From the human T2T-CHM13v2.0 reference genome, Homo sapiens, in the NCBI RefSeq assembly GCF_009914755.1, contig NC_060928.1: DNA of 64,000 nucleotides, one strand, 5' to 3'. Made by a program: the position numbers and the translations under genes. The notes under the pieces were generated by a model. It was not told the DNA's origin. It saw only the letters and a program-made list of their open reading frames with translations, and made no database searches. This document shows positions 62,657 through 64,000 of the stretch, in pieces (within the stretch, counting starts at the first letter, position 1; every line of letters begins with the position of its first letter).

Positions 62657-64000
62657 TTTTAAAAAAAATTATTTTAAGTTCTGGAATACATGTGCAGGGC
62701 ATGCAGGTTTGTTACATAGGTGAATGTGTGCCATGGTAGTTTGCTGCACCTATCAACCCTTCACCTAGGTATTAAGCCCCACATGCATTAGCTGTTTATC
62801 CTGATGCTCTCCCTCCCCATAACCCCCTCTACAGACCCCATTGTGTGGTGTTCCCCTTCCTGTGTCCATGTGTTTTCTTTGTTCAGCTCCCACTTATAAG
62901 TAAGAACATGCAGTGTTTGGGCTGCTGTTCCTGTGATAGTTTGTTGAGGATAATGGCTTCCAGCTCCATCCATGTCCCTACAAAGGACATGATCTAATTC
63001 CTTTTTATGGCTGCATAGTATTCCATGGTGTATATCTACCACATTTCCAGTCTATCATTGATGGGCATTTGGGTTGGTTCCATGTCTTTGCTATTGTGAA
63101 CAGTGCTGCAGTGAATGTACACGTGCATGTATCTTTATAATAGAATGACTTATATTCCTTTGGGTATATACCCAGTAATGGGATTGCTGGGTCAAATGGT
63201 ATTTCTGGTTCCAGATCTTTGAGGAATCAGCACCCTGTCTTCCACAATGGTTGAACTAATTCACATTCCCACCAACAGTGTAAAAGTGTTCCTATTTCTC
63301 CACAGCCTTGCCAGCATCTGTTGTTCCTTGACTTTTTAGTAATCACCATTCTGACTGGCTTGAGATGGTATCTCATTGTGGTTTTGATTTGCATTTCTCT
63401 AATGATCAGTGATGTTGAGCTTTTTTTTCCTGTTTGTTGGCCGCATAAGTGTCTTCTTTTGAGAAGTATATGTTCATGTCCTTTGCCCACTTTTAAATGG
63501 GGTTGTTTTTTTCTTGTAAATTCGTTTGTAGTTCCTTGTAAATTCTGGATATTAGACCTTTGTCAGATGGATAGATTTTGAAAATGTTTTCCCATTCTGT
63601 AGGTGGTCAGTTCACTCCGATGGTAGTTTCTTTTGCTGCGCAAAAGCTCTTTAGTTTAATTAGATCCCATTTGTCAATTTTTGCTTTTGTTGCAATTGCT
63701 TTTGATGTTTTTGTTATGAAATCTTTCCCCTTGTCTATGTTCTGAATGATGTTGCGTAGATTTTCTTCTAGGGTTTCATAGTTTGGGGTTTTACATTTTT
63801 AAGTCTTTATTCCATCTTGAGTTAATTTTTGTATAGGGTGTAAGGAAGGGGTCCAGGTTCAATTTTTTGCATATAGCTAGCCAGTTTTCCCAGCACGATT
63901 TATTAAATAGGGAATCCTTGTCGAAGAGCAGATGGTTCTAGATGTGTGGTCTTATTTCTGAGATCTCTGTTCTGTCTTATTGGTCTGTGTGTCTGTTTTT
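62657..64000 (-). mobile_element. L1PA8-10-like element, 3' end; continues beyond the window
   Basis: TTTTAAGTTCTGGAATACATGTGCAG terminus, 3' UTR, ORF2 C-terminal fragment [14 protein letters not shown]...HCWWEC. Confidence 0.92.

Overview
Primate (most likely human) genomic DNA holding the 5' end of RAP1GDS1 (SmgGDS) on the + strand. It contains a CpG-island promoter (~19.2-21.0 kb), a first exon contributing only ATGG to the CDS (20521-20524), a ~31.8 kb intron 1, and a 108-nt exon 2 (52362-52469, DNLSDTLKKLKITAVDKTEDSLEGCLDCLLQALAQN) behind a tandem AAG/CAG acceptor; intron 2 runs off the window. The first ~19 kb appear intergenic. Most of the rest is transposon debris: about 20 Alus, several L1s, L2/MIR, MaLR LTRs and many DNA transposons (Charlie, Cheshire with a nested Hsmar1, Tigger1 with three nested retroelements, MER44, MER8, Tigger2a/4a). 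I found no convincing new multi-gene biological system. The most interesting signals are the NAGNAG acceptor that switches the N-terminus (MD- versus MAD-), several template-switch-like hairpins in intron 1, a probable L1 3' transduction, and a 5'-inverted, 3'-truncated composite L1. Repeat subfamily names come from recalled consensus sequences, were not computed, and boundaries of old repeats are approximate.
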